This document shows positions 1-10,218 of a stretch of 64,000 nucleotides of DNA, piece after piece; positions within the stretch are counted from its first letter, which is position 1, and each line of letters begins with the position of its first letter. The DNA lies in NCBI GenBank assembly GCA_965205485.1, contig OZ242180.1, positions 4,960,001-5,024,000 of the forward strand, written 5' to 3'. Under the pieces are notes generated by a model, which was given only the letters and a program-made list of their open reading frames with translations, had not been told where the DNA came from and searched no databases. The DNA comes from Candidatus Latescibacterota bacterium. GTDB taxonomy: Bacteria > Latescibacterota > UBA2968 > GCA-2709665. The position numbers and the translations under genes are program-made.

Positions 1-993
1 CGGGTGGTGGTGGTGGACGGCCGGGTCGTGTCCCACATCGGCGCGCTTCGGCGGAACGCATCCATCTTCGGATGCACGGTGCGCGCATCGTCCCTGGGCG
101 GCGTGGCCACGTACGAAGAGCACCGCGGCAAGGGGTACGCAACCGCCCTGTTCGAAGACACGATGCGCGTCTGCCGGGAGGACGGCGTGGACTTCATGCT
201 GGTCTCCGGCTATCGCAAGATGTACCACAGGTTCGGCTGCCGGTACGTGGGCCGCGACTGGGAGTTTTCCGTGTCCGCGGAAAGGGCCGGCGATTTCGAC
301 GACTCCGGCGTGGACCTGATCGAGGCCTCCCCGGACGACGTGCCCGCGATGGCATCGGTTTACAGGGAGGAGCATGTGCGGTGGATGCGGCCGCCGTCAG
401 ATTACGCCCACGCATTCGACGGGTTCGTCATGAACCGGCGCACGCTGGTGTTCAAAGTGTGTGAGGCTGGGATGATGCGCGGATACGTGATGGTGCAGCA
501 TCCCAGCGCAATGGGAGACAGCATAAGCGTGCAGGAGGCGTCGGGAAACCGGCGGTGCCTGACCGGCGCGCTAGGAAAGATCATCCGGAAGCTGGATCTC
601 CGGTCGCTCAACGTCCACGTCATGGGCTGCGACAGATGGTTCCAGGAATGCCTTCAGTCCAGGGGTCTCACCGGCACGCCGGCCAATGCATCGGGGACGG
701 TCACGCTGATCAACTTTGAGCAGTTCATGGAGCGGATGCGCCCCTATTTCGCCGAAGTAATCGGTGAGACGGAGGCGCAGAGCCTGGTCTTCAGGCAGCA
801 GGGAGACGAGATGATCTTCTCCTATGGCGGCGACCAGGTGGTGGCGCCTGACCAGGGGGCAGCGGTTCAATTGATATTCGGCACGCTCGAGGGCGCCGAA
901 GAGGCCCTGCTGAAGTCGGGAGGTCGTGCGGGCGAGGTTCTGGCGGAGGTGTTCCCGATTCCCGCGCTGTGGTACGGCGTAAACTATCTGTAG
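1..993 (+). CDS. GNAT family N-acetyltransferase, Eis-like (5'-truncated by window edge)
   Basis: Acetyl-CoA motif GGVATYEEHRGKGYATALF, second GNAT-like region and SCP-like tail; frame open at base 1. Confidence 0.8.
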   Translation, partial: RVVVVDGRVVSHIGALRRNASIFGCTVRASSLGGVATYEEHRGKGYATALFEDTMRVCREDGVDFMLVSGYRKMYHRFGCRYVGRDWEFSVSAERAGDFDDSGVDLIEASPDDVPAMASVYREEHVRWMRPPSDYAHAFDGFVMNRRTLVFKVCEAGMMRGYVMVQHPSAMGDSISVQEASGNRRCLTGALGKIIRKLDLRSLNVHVMGCDRWFQECLQSRGLTGTPANASGTVTLINFEQFMERMRPYFAEVIGETEAQSLVFRQQGDEMIFSYGGDQVVAPDQGAAVQLIFGTLEGAEEALLKSGGRAGEVLAEVFPIPALWYGVNYL

Positions 994-1021
994 ACGCCAG
1001 AGACGAGGATCGGAATGATTC

Positions 1022-1054
1022 ACGGCCCCGGTCTAAACACGACCGGGGCCGTTT
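1022..1054. terminator. Hairpin/terminator between convergent genes
   Basis: 12-bp perfect stem acggccccggtc/gaccggggccgt, 7-nt loop, short T run. Confidence 0.6.
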
Positions 1055-1127
1055 ACATGTTCCCGTCACGGGTTCACTCGAATCGCGGACCGGCGCCCGT
1101 GGGTGGGAATGGAAGGGTTGCCCGCGC

Positions 1128-1937
1128 TCAGGCGGTGGATACGGTCGGGCGCGCAGGGCGGTAAGGCGGCTCCAGTACGGCGCGCTGCCCGGGTGTGAAC
1201 TCGTCCAGTACTTCCGCCACACCCTCCGGCACGTGGACTCTCGAATAGGTCAGCGGCCCCGGCGAGTACTTGTACAGGATGGAACGGCGCTGGTGTTCTG
1301 CCGTCCAGGGCATCGTGCCGTGCGTGAGGGCTTCGGTGAAAATGACGGCCGAGCCGGCCTTTGCCTCCACCTGCCGCACCACGCCGATGTCTCTGTCCAG
1401 CAGGGCTACGCCCCGCGGCGTGGGATAGTTCGACTTGTGGCTCCCGGGTATGCACGAAAAACCGCCGTCTCCCGGTCCGCAGTCCGTGAACATCCAGGCG
1501 ACAACGGTAAGTCCGCAACGCATTCTTCCATTGTGGAACTGGTAGAAGTGGGTAAGGTCGTCCGTGGTTCCGCCGCCGTGCAGCACGTGTCCTTCCGTGC
1601 CCTTCCGCATGATGATGCCGTACACGTGGTCAAGGCGGAAACCCTCGCGCAGCAGTTCGTTGAGATACGGTACGATGTTCGGATGGGTCAGGAGGTCCCG
1701 GAAGGGCTGGCACCATGGCTTCGGCCAGGTCAGCATGCCACCCAGATCGCCGCGGCCCTGCTGGCCCCTGAGGGTGCTGGATTTCCCCGACAGGGATTGT
1801 TCTTCCGGCCGCTCGCGGATGCGGTCGGCGTTCCGGTCTATCGCTTCGTTGCACGCGTCAACTTCCTCGGACGAGAGGGCGTTTTCAACCACGAGATAGC
1901 CGTTGAGGTCGAAGAAATATCTCTCTTCGTCGTCCAT
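1128..1937 (-). CDS. Phytanoyl-CoA dioxygenase (PhyH) family Fe(II)/2OG oxygenase
   Basis: FFDLNGYLVVENAL N-terminus, LHGG, IPGSHK, FTEALTHGT...RRS motifs; SD ggag upstream. Confidence 0.85.
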   Translation of the reverse strand: MDDEERYFFDLNGYLVVENALSSEEVDACNEAIDRNADRIRERPEEQSLSGKSSTLRGQQGRGDLGGMLTWPKPWCQPFRDLLTHPNIVPYLNELLREGFRLDHVYGIIMRKGTEGHVLHGGGTTDDLTHFYQFHNGRMRCGLTVVAWMFTDCGPGDGGFSCIPGSHKSNYPTPRGVALLDRDIGVVRQVEAKAGSAVIFTEALTHGTMPWTAEHQRRSILYKYSPGPLTYSRVHVPEGVAEVLDEFTPGQRAVLEPPYRPARPTVSTA

Positions 1938-2188
1938 TGCGGTCTCCTTTTTCCGGATCGGAGGTAGAAAATCGTGTATAGGGAAGTAGAGGAAATATGG
2001 GAAGACGGTACCAGAAACGCGCGGAGACGGAAGACGTAGAGGTTAGAGATGACCCGCCTCGTTTGAATTCAATCACGGGCATAATTCGGCTTTCTTCTTT
2101 TGGCCGGAGGCATAAAGGCAGACCACGGGTTTTTGCCTGCGACCATCCTCCACGATTTTATACAACACATTATTTTTCTTTTAGTTAC

Positions 2189-2235
2189 GCCCTTTTTCTT
2201 TCTCGCCAAAGAAAAAGGGCCAAAAAGAACGGCGC
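2189..2235. repeat. REP-like palindromic element
   Basis: gccctttttctttctcgccaaagaaaaagggc hairpin followed by caaaaagaacggcg; related element in opposite orientation at 2681-2724. Confidence 0.5.
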
Positions 2236-2390
2236 CCCTCGGCGGGGGGCCGGTTTTTCCGTGAATCACCCCAGAGGTGAAAACGGGAATTGAGTGGCCT
2301 ACCAATCCTTCAGGAGTACCAATCCAAATTCGATGGACGGATAAGCACGGAAAAACCCCCCACGCCACCGGACACGCTGCCTGTGAATTT

Positions 2391-2415
2391 GTAGGGTCAA
2401 CCCTTGTGGTTGCCC
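2391..2415 (+). repeat. GTAG-type REP sequence
   Basis: gtagggtcaacccttgtggttgccc: GTAG tetranucleotide followed by an imperfect hairpin. Confidence 0.55.
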
Positions 2416-2680
2416 ACGTGGCGGTGGGGATATCTGTGATTGCCGACGATTTTCTCAAACATGAACCGCTTTTGCTGACTGCTGATGGCTGATAGCTCCT
2501 CACTGACGGAATACCAATGCATCGACACTCGAAATGCCATCCAAGAGCACTTCCAAAGCAGAGCGCGCGGTTCCCTCCAGCACCTGATCCTGATATATCC
2601 TCTTTCGCATGCAGGGCAAGGGATCACGTGTATCCCGTGAGGCAATTCGCGCTATGCATATGGCAGGCCCCGCGCCCAGC

Positions 2681-2724
2681 GGCGACTTTTGGTTCCTTTT
2701 GGTCGCTTCAAAAGGAACACGCCG
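2681..2724. repeat. REP-like palindromic element
   Basis: ggcgacttttggttccttttggtcgcttcaaaaggaac with gttccttttg/caaaaggaac stem. Confidence 0.5.
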
Positions 2725-2727
2725 TAG

Positions 2728-2820
2728 GCAGGGAATTTGGGGAGATGTGGACTTTGAATTCGGTTTCCGCATTTTGCTTTACGTTTCTTGCTGATGGCTG
2801 ACCACTGAAATCTGATGGCT
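2728..2820 (+). repeat. Dispersed repeat ending in GCTGAYR heptamers, homologous to 53363-53447
   Basis: gcagggaatttggggag...ctttgaattcggtttccgcattttg...gctgatggctgac aligns by eye with gcagagaatttggagag...ttttgaatttggttttcgaatttg...gctgacggctgag. Confidence 0.6.
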
Positions 2821-2858
2821 CTGTATAAAGGGGCTGAGAGGAGAACCTTCCATTTCGT

Positions 2859-3167
2859 TTACGTACGCGATACGCCGAGGATTTCGTTCAGTTCTTCCGT
2901 CATATCCGCGGGGATGTCCACGTTCGCGCCTGTTTCGTACTGGCGCCTCCAGTTCGCCATGTGGGACTCGCCAATCTGGACGGAGATCGGTTCTCCTCCG
3001 GGCCAACGCGTGAACGGGGGGCGCTTCACCCTTCCCGCATTCAGCGCCCGCTGGATGCAATTCAGAATGCGCTCGTTGGAAAGATCGCACTGAAAACCTC
3101 GGTAGGCGACCTGTACTGGCGTGATGTCCATGAAGGCGGTTTCCGTCAGTTCGTCGGATTGTAACAT
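2859..3167 (-). CDS. Small hypothetical protein (start uncertain: 3167 or 3131)
   Basis: ORF with protein-like composition in an otherwise non-coding gap; no motif recognised. Confidence 0.5.
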   Translation of the reverse strand: MLQSDELTETAFMDITPVQVAYRGFQCDLSNERILNCIQRALNAGRVKRPPFTRWPGGEPISVQIGESHMANWRRQYETGANVDIPADMTEELNEILGVSRT

Positions 3168-3445
3168 ACGGAGTCTGTCGAATCCTCGTGTGGCAGAAGA
3201 TAGCTCCGCGCATTTTCGCAATCAAGGAAATTGTGTGCCGTAACGGATTCGCGCACGCTCCTGAATCGTCGACGGGGCCCGCGCGGGCTGCGCCGGTTCC
3301 GGTTGACACCCCGGAGCACGGAGGCGTATACTGCACACCGATCGAACGGTGGCTCAAATCGTGGCAACAACACGAATCCCGCGATGCCGTCCGGCAGAAG
3401 TCCGCGGGGTGGAACACCCATCAACCATGGCGAAAGGGTTGCACT

Positions 3446-4384
3446 ATGGCGCTAGTCGGCAGCGGCGAGTACCGGTATGAAGAACGAACCGATTGGGCGC
3501 GTCTGCCCGACGGATGGCGGTTCAAGGAGGTGGTGGACGTTGCTGTGGACTCCGAGGACCGGGTTTACGTGTTCAACAGGGGTGAGCATCCAGTCATCGT
3601 GTTCGACCGGGACGGGCAATACCTCGAATCATGGGGAGAGGGCCTGTTCGTGCGACCCCACGGCCTGACGCTGGGGCCCGACGGCATGCTGTACTGCGTG
3701 GACGACCAGGGGCACTGTGTCCGAAAGTGCACGCTGGAAGGGGAGGTGCTGATGGTCATCGGTACCCCCGGCGAGGGCGCCCCGGCCCAGAGCGGGCGCC
3801 CGTTCAACCAGCCCACCAAGGTCGCCTTCGATCCGACCAACGGAGATCTCTATATCTCGGACGGTTACGGCAACGCGCGGGTGCACAGGTACTCCTCTAC
3901 AGGCGAACACCTTTCCTCCTGGGGAGACTACGGGACGGATCCGGGTCAGTTCAACCTGGTGCACAGCGTCTGTACGGACAGCCGCGGCTCAGTCTACATC
4001 GCCGACCGCGAGAACCACCGCGTGCAGGTATTCGACGGGGAAGGCAACTATCTCACACAGTGGAACAATCTCCACCGTCCCTGCGGTCTGCATATCGACG
4101 GCGACCTCGTCTACATCGGACAACTGCCCACGCAGCTCGAGGTCAACGAGACCTATCCCAACGTGGGCTCGTGCGTGAGCATTCACGACCTTACCGGCAA
4201 ACGCCTCGCCCGCCTGGGCGACCCGCGGGCCGGCGAGGGTCCGGGGCAGTTCACGGCGCCGCACGGTGTGGGTGTGGACTCGCGAGGGGACATCTACGTC
4301 GGTGAGGTGTCCTGGAGCGCGTTCGGCTCGCAGCAGGATCCGCCCAGAGAAATGCGCAGTTTCCGCAAACTGGTGCGCGTTTGA
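3446..4384 (+). CDS. NHL-repeat beta-propeller, peptidyl-alpha-hydroxyglycine alpha-amidating lyase (PAL) family
   Basis: Repeated P.G...D..G..Y..D..N.RV units; SDGYGNARV, ADRENHRVQ; ATG 3446 after aaggg. Confidence 0.85.
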   Translation: MALVGSGEYRYEERTDWARLPDGWRFKEVVDVAVDSEDRVYVFNRGEHPVIVFDRDGQYLESWGEGLFVRPHGLTLGPDGMLYCVDDQGHCVRKCTLEGEVLMVIGTPGEGAPAQSGRPFNQPTKVAFDPTNGDLYISDGYGNARVHRYSSTGEHLSSWGDYGTDPGQFNLVHSVCTDSRGSVYIADRENHRVQVFDGEGNYLTQWNNLHRPCGLHIDGDLVYIGQLPTQLEVNETYPNVGSCVSIHDLTGKRLARLGDPRAGEGPGQFTAPHGVGVDSRGDIYVGEVSWSAFGSQQDPPREMRSFRKLVRV

Positions 4385-4402
4385 CGCCGGTCGTCGACCT
4401 AA

Positions 4403-4562
4403 CAGCCCGTTGAAAAAGCCCATCCGGGCTGCGGCCGGCCCTTGCGGTCGATATACTGCGTAGCGCTCCCTCGCCGAATCGCAGGATGGGACTCGGTTGC
4501 GCGCCTTGTCTTCGACCTCAATGGCTCGGCCTCGCCTGCAGAGCGTCTTTATCAACGGACTG
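4403..4562 (+). mobile_element. 160-bp MITE, copy 1
   Basis: Terminal IRs cagcccgttgaaaaag / ctttatcaacggactg; near-identical copies at 22586-22745 and 57703-57862. Confidence 0.85.
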
Positions 4563-4576
4563 CTTACGGCCCGCCC

Positions 4577-5893
4577 ATGCCGATCGTGATCAAATCGAAG
4601 CTGCTCATCGTCGATCCGGAAGAGGCGCCCGTACCCGGAGGGATCGCAATCGTCGACGGCGAGCGCATTCTCGGCGCGGGCGCGCCGGCAACCCTGAGCG
4701 TGGATCCTGCGTGGGAGACGCTGGACTGGTCCTCCTGGACGGTGATGCCCGCCCTGATCGACGCCCATGCCCACATTACGGCCAACAACCGGTTCCGCGT
4801 ACCGCTGAACGTACACTTCAAACTGGATACCGCAACCGCGGTCCTTCGGGGGGCGATGAACCTTCGGAGCGACCTCGCCGCGGGCGTCACCACGATGCGG
4901 ACGCTTGGAGACCGTGAGGACGTCGAAAAGCCGTTCCAGGAGGCGATCGAACGAAAAGAGGCGGTGGGCCCCCGTCTCAAGGTGTGTGTGCGGGCGCTGC
5001 GTCCAGGCCATGGGACAGCGCCCTTTCTGTCCTTTCCGGCCGATGGCGCAACGGAACTGAGGTCCCGGATACGGGAGAACGCTTCGCGTGGCGCGGACTG
5101 GACCAAACTGTTCATCACCAACGTGAGAGACGGCGATACCTTTGAGGACTACCTCCGCGGAGACCTGACGGACATCGCGGCTTATTCGAGGGAAGAGATC
5201 GTGGCGGCGATCGGCGTCTCGCACGACCTGGGGGTTCCGGTTGCCGCGCACGCAATCGGCGGCCCGGCGATGCGGTGGGCGATGGAGGCCGGGATCGACA
5301 GCATCGAACACGCCAATCTGCTCGAGGCGGAAGACGTCGACCTGTTCGTGAAGTCCGGCGCTTACTTGAGCGATCCCAACCTTCAACTGTTCTTTGACCC
5401 GGAGGTCGGATTCGAGTCCTTCGAAACCTGGCGCATGGACTGGTGGCGGAGGCGGGTCGAGCGCGCCAGGAAACGCACGGCGCGTCACCTGCCGGAAGCC
5501 CTTCGGGCCGGGGTGAAGGTCTGCCTGGGGACGGACAGCACCCACGCGACGTTGTGGCGGGAAGCTCGAGCGCTCGCGGACCTGGGCGTTTCGTCTGTGG
5601 ACGCGATCCGGGCTGTGACGACGAATACCGCGGAGATGCTGGGTGTGGCGGACCGGCTGGGCCGCCTCGCGCCGGGCTATCTGGCCGACGTGATCGCCGT
5701 GGACGGAAACCCCCTCGAGGACGTGGCCTGTCTGAGGCGGGTTCGAGGCGTGATGAAGGCCGGCGAATCGGTTGAAAACCTCCTGTCCGGGGCGAGCGAG
5801 GTCTTCAGCGATCGGACGGAAGGAGGCGTTCCGGTCGCCCTCGAGGCACCGCGCATCAAGCCGAACCGATTACTCGGATACGCCGGCGATTGA
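4577..5893 (+). CDS. Metal-dependent amidohydrolase (imidazolonepropionase/Xaa-Pro dipeptidase-like)
   Basis: PALIDAHAH, AAHA, SIEHAN, GTDS, G.LAPGYLAD motifs; ORF-track upstream extension is MITE sequence. Confidence 0.85.
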   Translation: MPIVIKSKLLIVDPEEAPVPGGIAIVDGERILGAGAPATLSVDPAWETLDWSSWTVMPALIDAHAHITANNRFRVPLNVHFKLDTATAVLRGAMNLRSDLAAGVTTMRTLGDREDVEKPFQEAIERKEAVGPRLKVCVRALRPGHGTAPFLSFPADGATELRSRIRENASRGADWTKLFITNVRDGDTFEDYLRGDLTDIAAYSREEIVAAIGVSHDLGVPVAAHAIGGPAMRWAMEAGIDSIEHANLLEAEDVDLFVKSGAYLSDPNLQLFFDPEVGFESFETWRMDWWRRRVERARKRTARHLPEALRAGVKVCLGTDSTHATLWREARALADLGVSSVDAIRAVTTNTAEMLGVADRLGRLAPGYLADVIAVDGNPLEDVACLRRVRGVMKAGESVENLLSGASEVFSDRTEGGVPVALEAPRIKPNRLLGYAGD

Positions 5894-6925
5894 CCAGTCA
5901 AAAGGAAACAGGATCAACTCGAGAACGCTGGCACGACGCAGCTTTACTTCGGCCACGAGTCGGTTACCGGGTATAAGAGGGGGCGCCGAATCGATCTTCA
6001 CAAGGACGCGTACGGAGGGATATCCCTTTCGCTGCACATAGCGTCGCACCGAATGAACCTGCCCCGAGAATTCAAATGAACTTTCCCACTGCGGCCAGAG
6101 ATCGACTTCCTGTCCTCGCCTGATCCAGGGAGCGAATTCCGCCGGGACGTGGCACTCGGCCAACAGAGGGTCCTCCGATCCGATCAACATCAGCGTGTCG
6201 CCCACGGCGGGAACCGCGCCCGCCTTGCGCAGGACCATCAGGATCCGTCCCGGTCCAGGCGCCCGCAGTGTATAGTGTCCCATTTCCCGGCGAACCATGT
6301 TGTATGCGGCTTCAGCTTCGGCAACTTCCGCATCCCTTGCCTTGAACGTGAAAAATGCCTTCTTGCGCAGGGGAGTTATCGGCCCTGACTTCAACAATTC
6401 CAACGCTGACAACGATTTCTCGATATGCATCGAGGCGAGGATCGAATCCGACTTTGCTTTCTCCAGATCGTCAGCGCTGACAAGTCCGCCGTGATCGAAT
6501 AACCGCTGTGCCATTTTCAACTGCCAGTTCGCCAGACGAGCTTTCTCCTTCGTTGCTTCCAATTCACTGCTGAGTCCTTTCAGTTCCTGTTCGGGAGGCG
6601 ACGCCTCCACGGCCTGGAGCGCGGCCCTCGCGGCCTCCCGCTCGGCCACGGAACGCTCGTAGGCTCGTCTTGCAACGGTGAGCCGGGATTCGGCAATGTC
6701 ATTCTTGAACGCAATCAGCGAATCTCCCGCCGTCACCAGTTGACCCTCCTCGACGTAGACCTTTGCGATCTGCGCTTCGACGAGCCCGCTTATCCAGATT
6801 TCTTTCTCGGGTACGATTCTTCCTGTGCCTTTTGCCACCTGGTCGATCTCCACAAACCATAGAACTGCGACGACGGCCAGAATGACCGCAAGGAAGCGCA
6901 GGACGTATTTGGAAGTACGCAGCAT
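5870..6925 (-). CDS. HlyD-family membrane fusion (secretion adaptor) protein
   Basis: N-terminal TM, V.EGQ.V.AGD.L lipoyl half, long coiled coil, LRAP..G second lipoyl half. Confidence 0.8.
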   Translation of the reverse strand: MLRTSKYVLRFLAVILAVVAVLWFVEIDQVAKGTGRIVPEKEIWISGLVEAQIAKVYVEEGQLVTAGDSLIAFKNDIAESRLTVARRAYERSVAEREAARAALQAVEASPPEQELKGLSSELEATKEKARLANWQLKMAQRLFDHGGLVSADDLEKAKSDSILASMHIEKSLSALELLKSGPITPLRKKAFFTFKARDAEVAEAEAAYNMVRREMGHYTLRAPGPGRILMVLRKAGAVPAVGDTLMLIGSEDPLLAECHVPAEFAPWIRRGQEVDLWPQWESSFEFSGQVHSVRRYVQRKGYPSVRVLVKIDSAPPLIPGNRLVAEVKLRRASVLELILFPFDWSIAGVSE

Positions 6926-6946
6926 GTTTTCAAAGCCCGCAGGAAA

Positions 6947-7768
6947 CTACGATCCGGTACTCTCGTATCTGTTGATGCCGACACACCAGAGCCTGTACGC
7001 CAGAAAGAAGCTTACGATGCCGACCAGTGGCGTCCCGTACTGGAATAACGGATCGAACAGAGTGATCCCATGGAATAATGGAGCGTCCGATTTGTTCAGG
7101 AAATCCTCCGCAGGGAAATATGCGACAAAGCCGTAGGGGATGACGAAAGTCAAGAGTACCTGCACCCATTTGTCGTACATGCCGAGAGGATAGTTGACAA
7201 ACCTCCTCAAACCGTAAATCGCCGTATCGACAACTGCCGCCGACCTCACGAACCAGAAGCTCATGGTCCCCGTCAGTACCATGATCGCGGCCTGGATCAA
7301 CGTGGCGCCAATCAGCACCAGCCCAAACCAGACCACGTTCATCCACGTCCACACAATGCTCAGGTTTTCGAAACAGATATGAAAGAACACGACGCCCAGA
7401 ACCATATGGGCCATGAAGGTATGACTGAAATCGCGGCAGATCAAGTTCGCGAAAGGGTTCATCGGATAGATTAAAATACTGTCGAATGAACCATCCTGAA
7501 CCATATACTCCAGACGGCGCATGGGTCCACGGAAAAACAGACTGCTTGCGCCATACGAAAAAAGATTGAGATTGTACAACAGCATAATCTCATAGAAATT
7601 CCATCCGTGTATGATTTTGAACTTATTCAGAACAATCCATACGCCCAGAAAGCTGATCAGATACACAACGATCGTGATGATCTGCGATGTGAAGAAATTA
7701 AATCTGTATTCGATCAGGGTCTTCATATAGACGACCAGGAATCGTCCATACAATCTGAGGCTGTCCAT
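6947..7768 (-). CDS. ABC-2 family transporter permease (DUF990-like)
   Basis: EYRFNF, G.FD.IL.YP, YPL.MY, IPYGFVAYFP, Y.STGS end; about 6 TMs. Confidence 0.85.
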   Translation of the reverse strand: MDSLRLYGRFLVVYMKTLIEYRFNFFTSQIITIVVYLISFLGVWIVLNKFKIIHGWNFYEIMLLYNLNLFSYGASSLFFRGPMRRLEYMVQDGSFDSILIYPMNPFANLICRDFSHTFMAHMVLGVVFFHICFENLSIVWTWMNVVWFGLVLIGATLIQAAIMVLTGTMSFWFVRSAAVVDTAIYGLRRFVNYPLGMYDKWVQVLLTFVIPYGFVAYFPAEDFLNKSDAPLFHGITLFDPLFQYGTPLVGIVSFFLAYRLWCVGINRYESTGS

Positions 7769-7769
7769 C

Positions 7770-8570
7770 TCAACCGCCCTGTATGACCAGTTTTCTAACG
7801 GCCCTCATCCACAATATTCTTTCAATTCCCGCCAGAATTCCGATCCACAGAAATTGCTGGAGGATAAATCCGATTGCGTCGGCCAGGACTGTTTTCTCCA
7901 GAAATATCGCCAACGGCGCAAAATAGATGAGACGGAACGGGAGGAAAGCGGAAAGTTCGTAGAGGAAATCCGGGAAGAACCATAGCGGTACCATCTCACC
8001 CGAAAAAACGTTGATCAAAACGTTGAACAGCATGCTCAAGGATGTCACGGCAAGGAACCAGAATCCGATCAGTCCAATCAGATAACTGATCGAGAAATAA
8101 ATCATCATGCCGTTGATCGCGGAAATCACGAACAGGATTAGATAGGGTTCGGAGGGTAAGCGAATGCCGAACATCAGGATACCGACGATCAGAAATGGCG
8201 TCAACTGGAAGACCATCCTGAAGCCGTTGTTTCCAAGCGCATCGCAAAACAACATGCCTTTCAGACTCACCGGCTTGATGAGGTCCATTGCAATCTCCCC
8301 AGTCCTGATTCTGTCGTTGACCTTGAACACGGTCGTTGTGCTGATGGCAATGGAGATTCCGGTGCTGACAAGCGTGTACGTGACCATGTCCCGAAAGCTG
8401 ATGACTCCCATGTTCGTCTGTGTCTGACCGATATCCTGAAACAGCGCGCGCCAGAAATAGATCTGTACCAGAAGTACGACGATTGAACTTATCAGGCTCA
8501 GGAATACATTCATCTTGTAGGCAAGATTGGACTGGAAGGCGTTCTTGAGGAATTCAGTGTAGACTTTCAT
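7770..8570 (-). CDS. ABC-2 family transporter permease (DUF990-like)
   Basis: IRTGEIAMDLIKP, FSG..VPLWFFP, LPF, VIQGG end. Confidence 0.85.
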   Translation of the reverse strand: MKVYTEFLKNAFQSNLAYKMNVFLSLISSIVVLLVQIYFWRALFQDIGQTQTNMGVISFRDMVTYTLVSTGISIAISTTTVFKVNDRIRTGEIAMDLIKPVSLKGMLFCDALGNNGFRMVFQLTPFLIVGILMFGIRLPSEPYLILFVISAINGMMIYFSISYLIGLIGFWFLAVTSLSMLFNVLINVFSGEMVPLWFFPDFLYELSAFLPFRLIYFAPLAIFLEKTVLADAIGFILQQFLWIGILAGIERILWMRAVRKLVIQGG

Positions 8571-8593
8571 ATCATAGCCGCCTCTAAGCCTGT

Positions 8594-9592
8594 TCAGTTG
8601 GTTCTGGCCAGGTACATCCTTCTGATTACTTCGTCAATTTCAGTCTCTCTGACGACAAAGTCCCTCACGCGACGTCGTTCCATGACCCAGCCTATTACGG
8701 CCGTGGAGTTGACTGTCGCCTTATTGTATTTTATCGATAACTTGCTTCCTTCCTGTTGAAATTCCGAGACCCCGAGTTGGTAAAGATCGTCCGGGTCGGC
8801 AACCGGCGCTTCGGTTTCGACGTCCAGGGTTTCGTCCATTCCGAATCGCTCTTTCAGTTGCTGCAGGTTGCCGTCGTACATGATGCTGCCGCTGTCGATC
8901 ACCATCACGCGTGTACAGAGCTTCTCAATGTCGGACATATCATGGGTGGTCAGGATTACCGTGGTGTCACGCTTCAGGTTTATCTCTTTGATGAAATCCC
9001 GTATGTTCTCCTTGACGACTACATCCAGACCGATCGTCGGTTCGTCGAGATAGACAATCGCAGGATCGTGCAGAAGCGCGGCGCAGATGTCCGACCTCAT
9101 TCGCTGACCGAGGCTGAGCTGCCTGACTGGCGTATTGATAAACTCTTTCAGGCCAAGGATTTCAGAGAATAATCCCAGGTTCTCCCGAAATCGTTCTGGA
9201 GGAATTTTATACATGTGTCTCATCAGACTGAATGACTCTGAAACCGGAATGTCCCACCAGAGTTGCGTTCTCTGGCCGAATACGACACCCATTCTTGCGG
9301 CGTTTTCGATTCTGTTCTCGTGAGGCACCAATCCGCCAACCTGTATATGCCCTGAATTCGGCACCAGAATCCCCACCAGCATCTTGATCGTTGTGGACTT
9401 GCCGGCGCCGTTCGGGCCGATATATCCCAGAACCTCGCCCCTCCCGATCTCGAACGAGACGTCGTCAACCGCCGTTATAGTCTCGTATTGCCGGCTGAAC
9501 AGTGCATGTACGGCTCCCAGGAACCCTTCCTTTCTCTTCTGCCTCTTGAAGGTCTTGGTTACGTTCTCGACACTGATCAGCGCTTTGTTCAT
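8594..9592 (-). CDS. ABC transporter ATP-binding subunit
   Basis: Walker A GPNGAGKST, signature LSLGQRMR, LDEPTIGLD, TTHD; start placed at MNKALISV. Confidence 0.95.
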   Translation of the reverse strand: MNKALISVENVTKTFKRQKRKEGFLGAVHALFSRQYETITAVDDVSFEIGRGEVLGYIGPNGAGKSTTIKMLVGILVPNSGHIQVGGLVPHENRIENAARMGVVFGQRTQLWWDIPVSESFSLMRHMYKIPPERFRENLGLFSEILGLKEFINTPVRQLSLGQRMRSDICAALLHDPAIVYLDEPTIGLDVVVKENIRDFIKEINLKRDTTVILTTHDMSDIEKLCTRVMVIDSGSIMYDGNLQQLKERFGMDETLDVETEAPVADPDDLYQLGVSEFQQEGSKLSIKYNKATVNSTAVIGWVMERRRVRDFVVRETEIDEVIRRMYLARTN

Positions 9593-9933
9593 TTGAAATG
9601 TCCGATCTTGGTAAGTTCTCGAAAGGGCGACACGATTGTAGTTCAATGACCTATTGCGGCGCCGCGTTGTTCAGCCACAGCCAGATAGGCGGCAGTGAAA
9701 GCGCCGGAACTCGGAGGACAAGACAGGATCCGATTAATGGATCGCAGCCTTGAGACAATGGACGTTTATTCCTTTGAAATACACTGTCGTTCTGTCCATT
9801 TCCAGAGCGCTGAAAAATCGCGAACTCTTTAAACAAAGTTTCCTCTGTGTTTGCGGGAATATTCAGGTAATCGTCGCATAGAAATGTCGAATTAAGGTTA
9901 ATGTCGTTTCGTCAATCTCTATGGCAGACAAAC

Positions 9934-9966
9934 AAAAAACCGCCATCGAATCGGCATCGATGGCGG
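9934..9966 (-). terminator. Intrinsic terminator in the leader of the ABC operon
   Basis: Stem ccgccatcga/tcgatggcgg (10 bp) followed by T6 on minus strand. Confidence 0.75.
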
Positions 9967-9990
9967 CCTGAATATTTGCTATCTCTGAAA

Positions 9991-10098
9991 TTATAACAAA
10001 CCGCATCGCGCCTTTCGTGTTTCGCCGTGCTTATCGGCCATGGTTACACGATAAAGTACCAAGATTGCTATCGGCAAATTAACGGAAGTCGAACACAT
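9991..10098 (-). CDS. Putative 35-aa peptide MCSTSVNLPIAILVLYRVTMADKHGETRKARCGLL
   Basis: Translated by hand; SD gaggga upstream of ATG; lies between a sigma70-like promoter and a terminator. Confidence 0.35.
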   Translation of the reverse strand: MCSTSVNLPIAILVLYRVTMADKHGETRKARCGLL

Positions 10099-10218
10099 GG
10101 GTGAATCCCTCGACAAATTACGTTACAAATTCCAAACGGTCTAACTTCGTGTCGGCTCGGCAACGGAGGGCAGAAGGCGGTCAATTTAGAGAGAGTAATC
10201 TTTCCGCCTCAGATGCAC

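Noticed and set aside
4442..4576. Shared peptide 'MRS.YCV.LPRRI.GWDSVARLVFD' in several ORFs (also 22404-22706, 57550-57927)
   Set aside because: It is translation of the non-coding MITE, not a protein domain
3989..5545. Long antisense or alternate-frame ORFs (also 10450-11658, 22593-23945, 56387-57622, 58767-60278)
   Set aside because: Shadows of well-supported genes, expected at high GC; no motifs
9651..9836. 61-aa ORF upstream of the ABC ATPase
   Set aside because: TTG start without a convincing SD and no recognisable features
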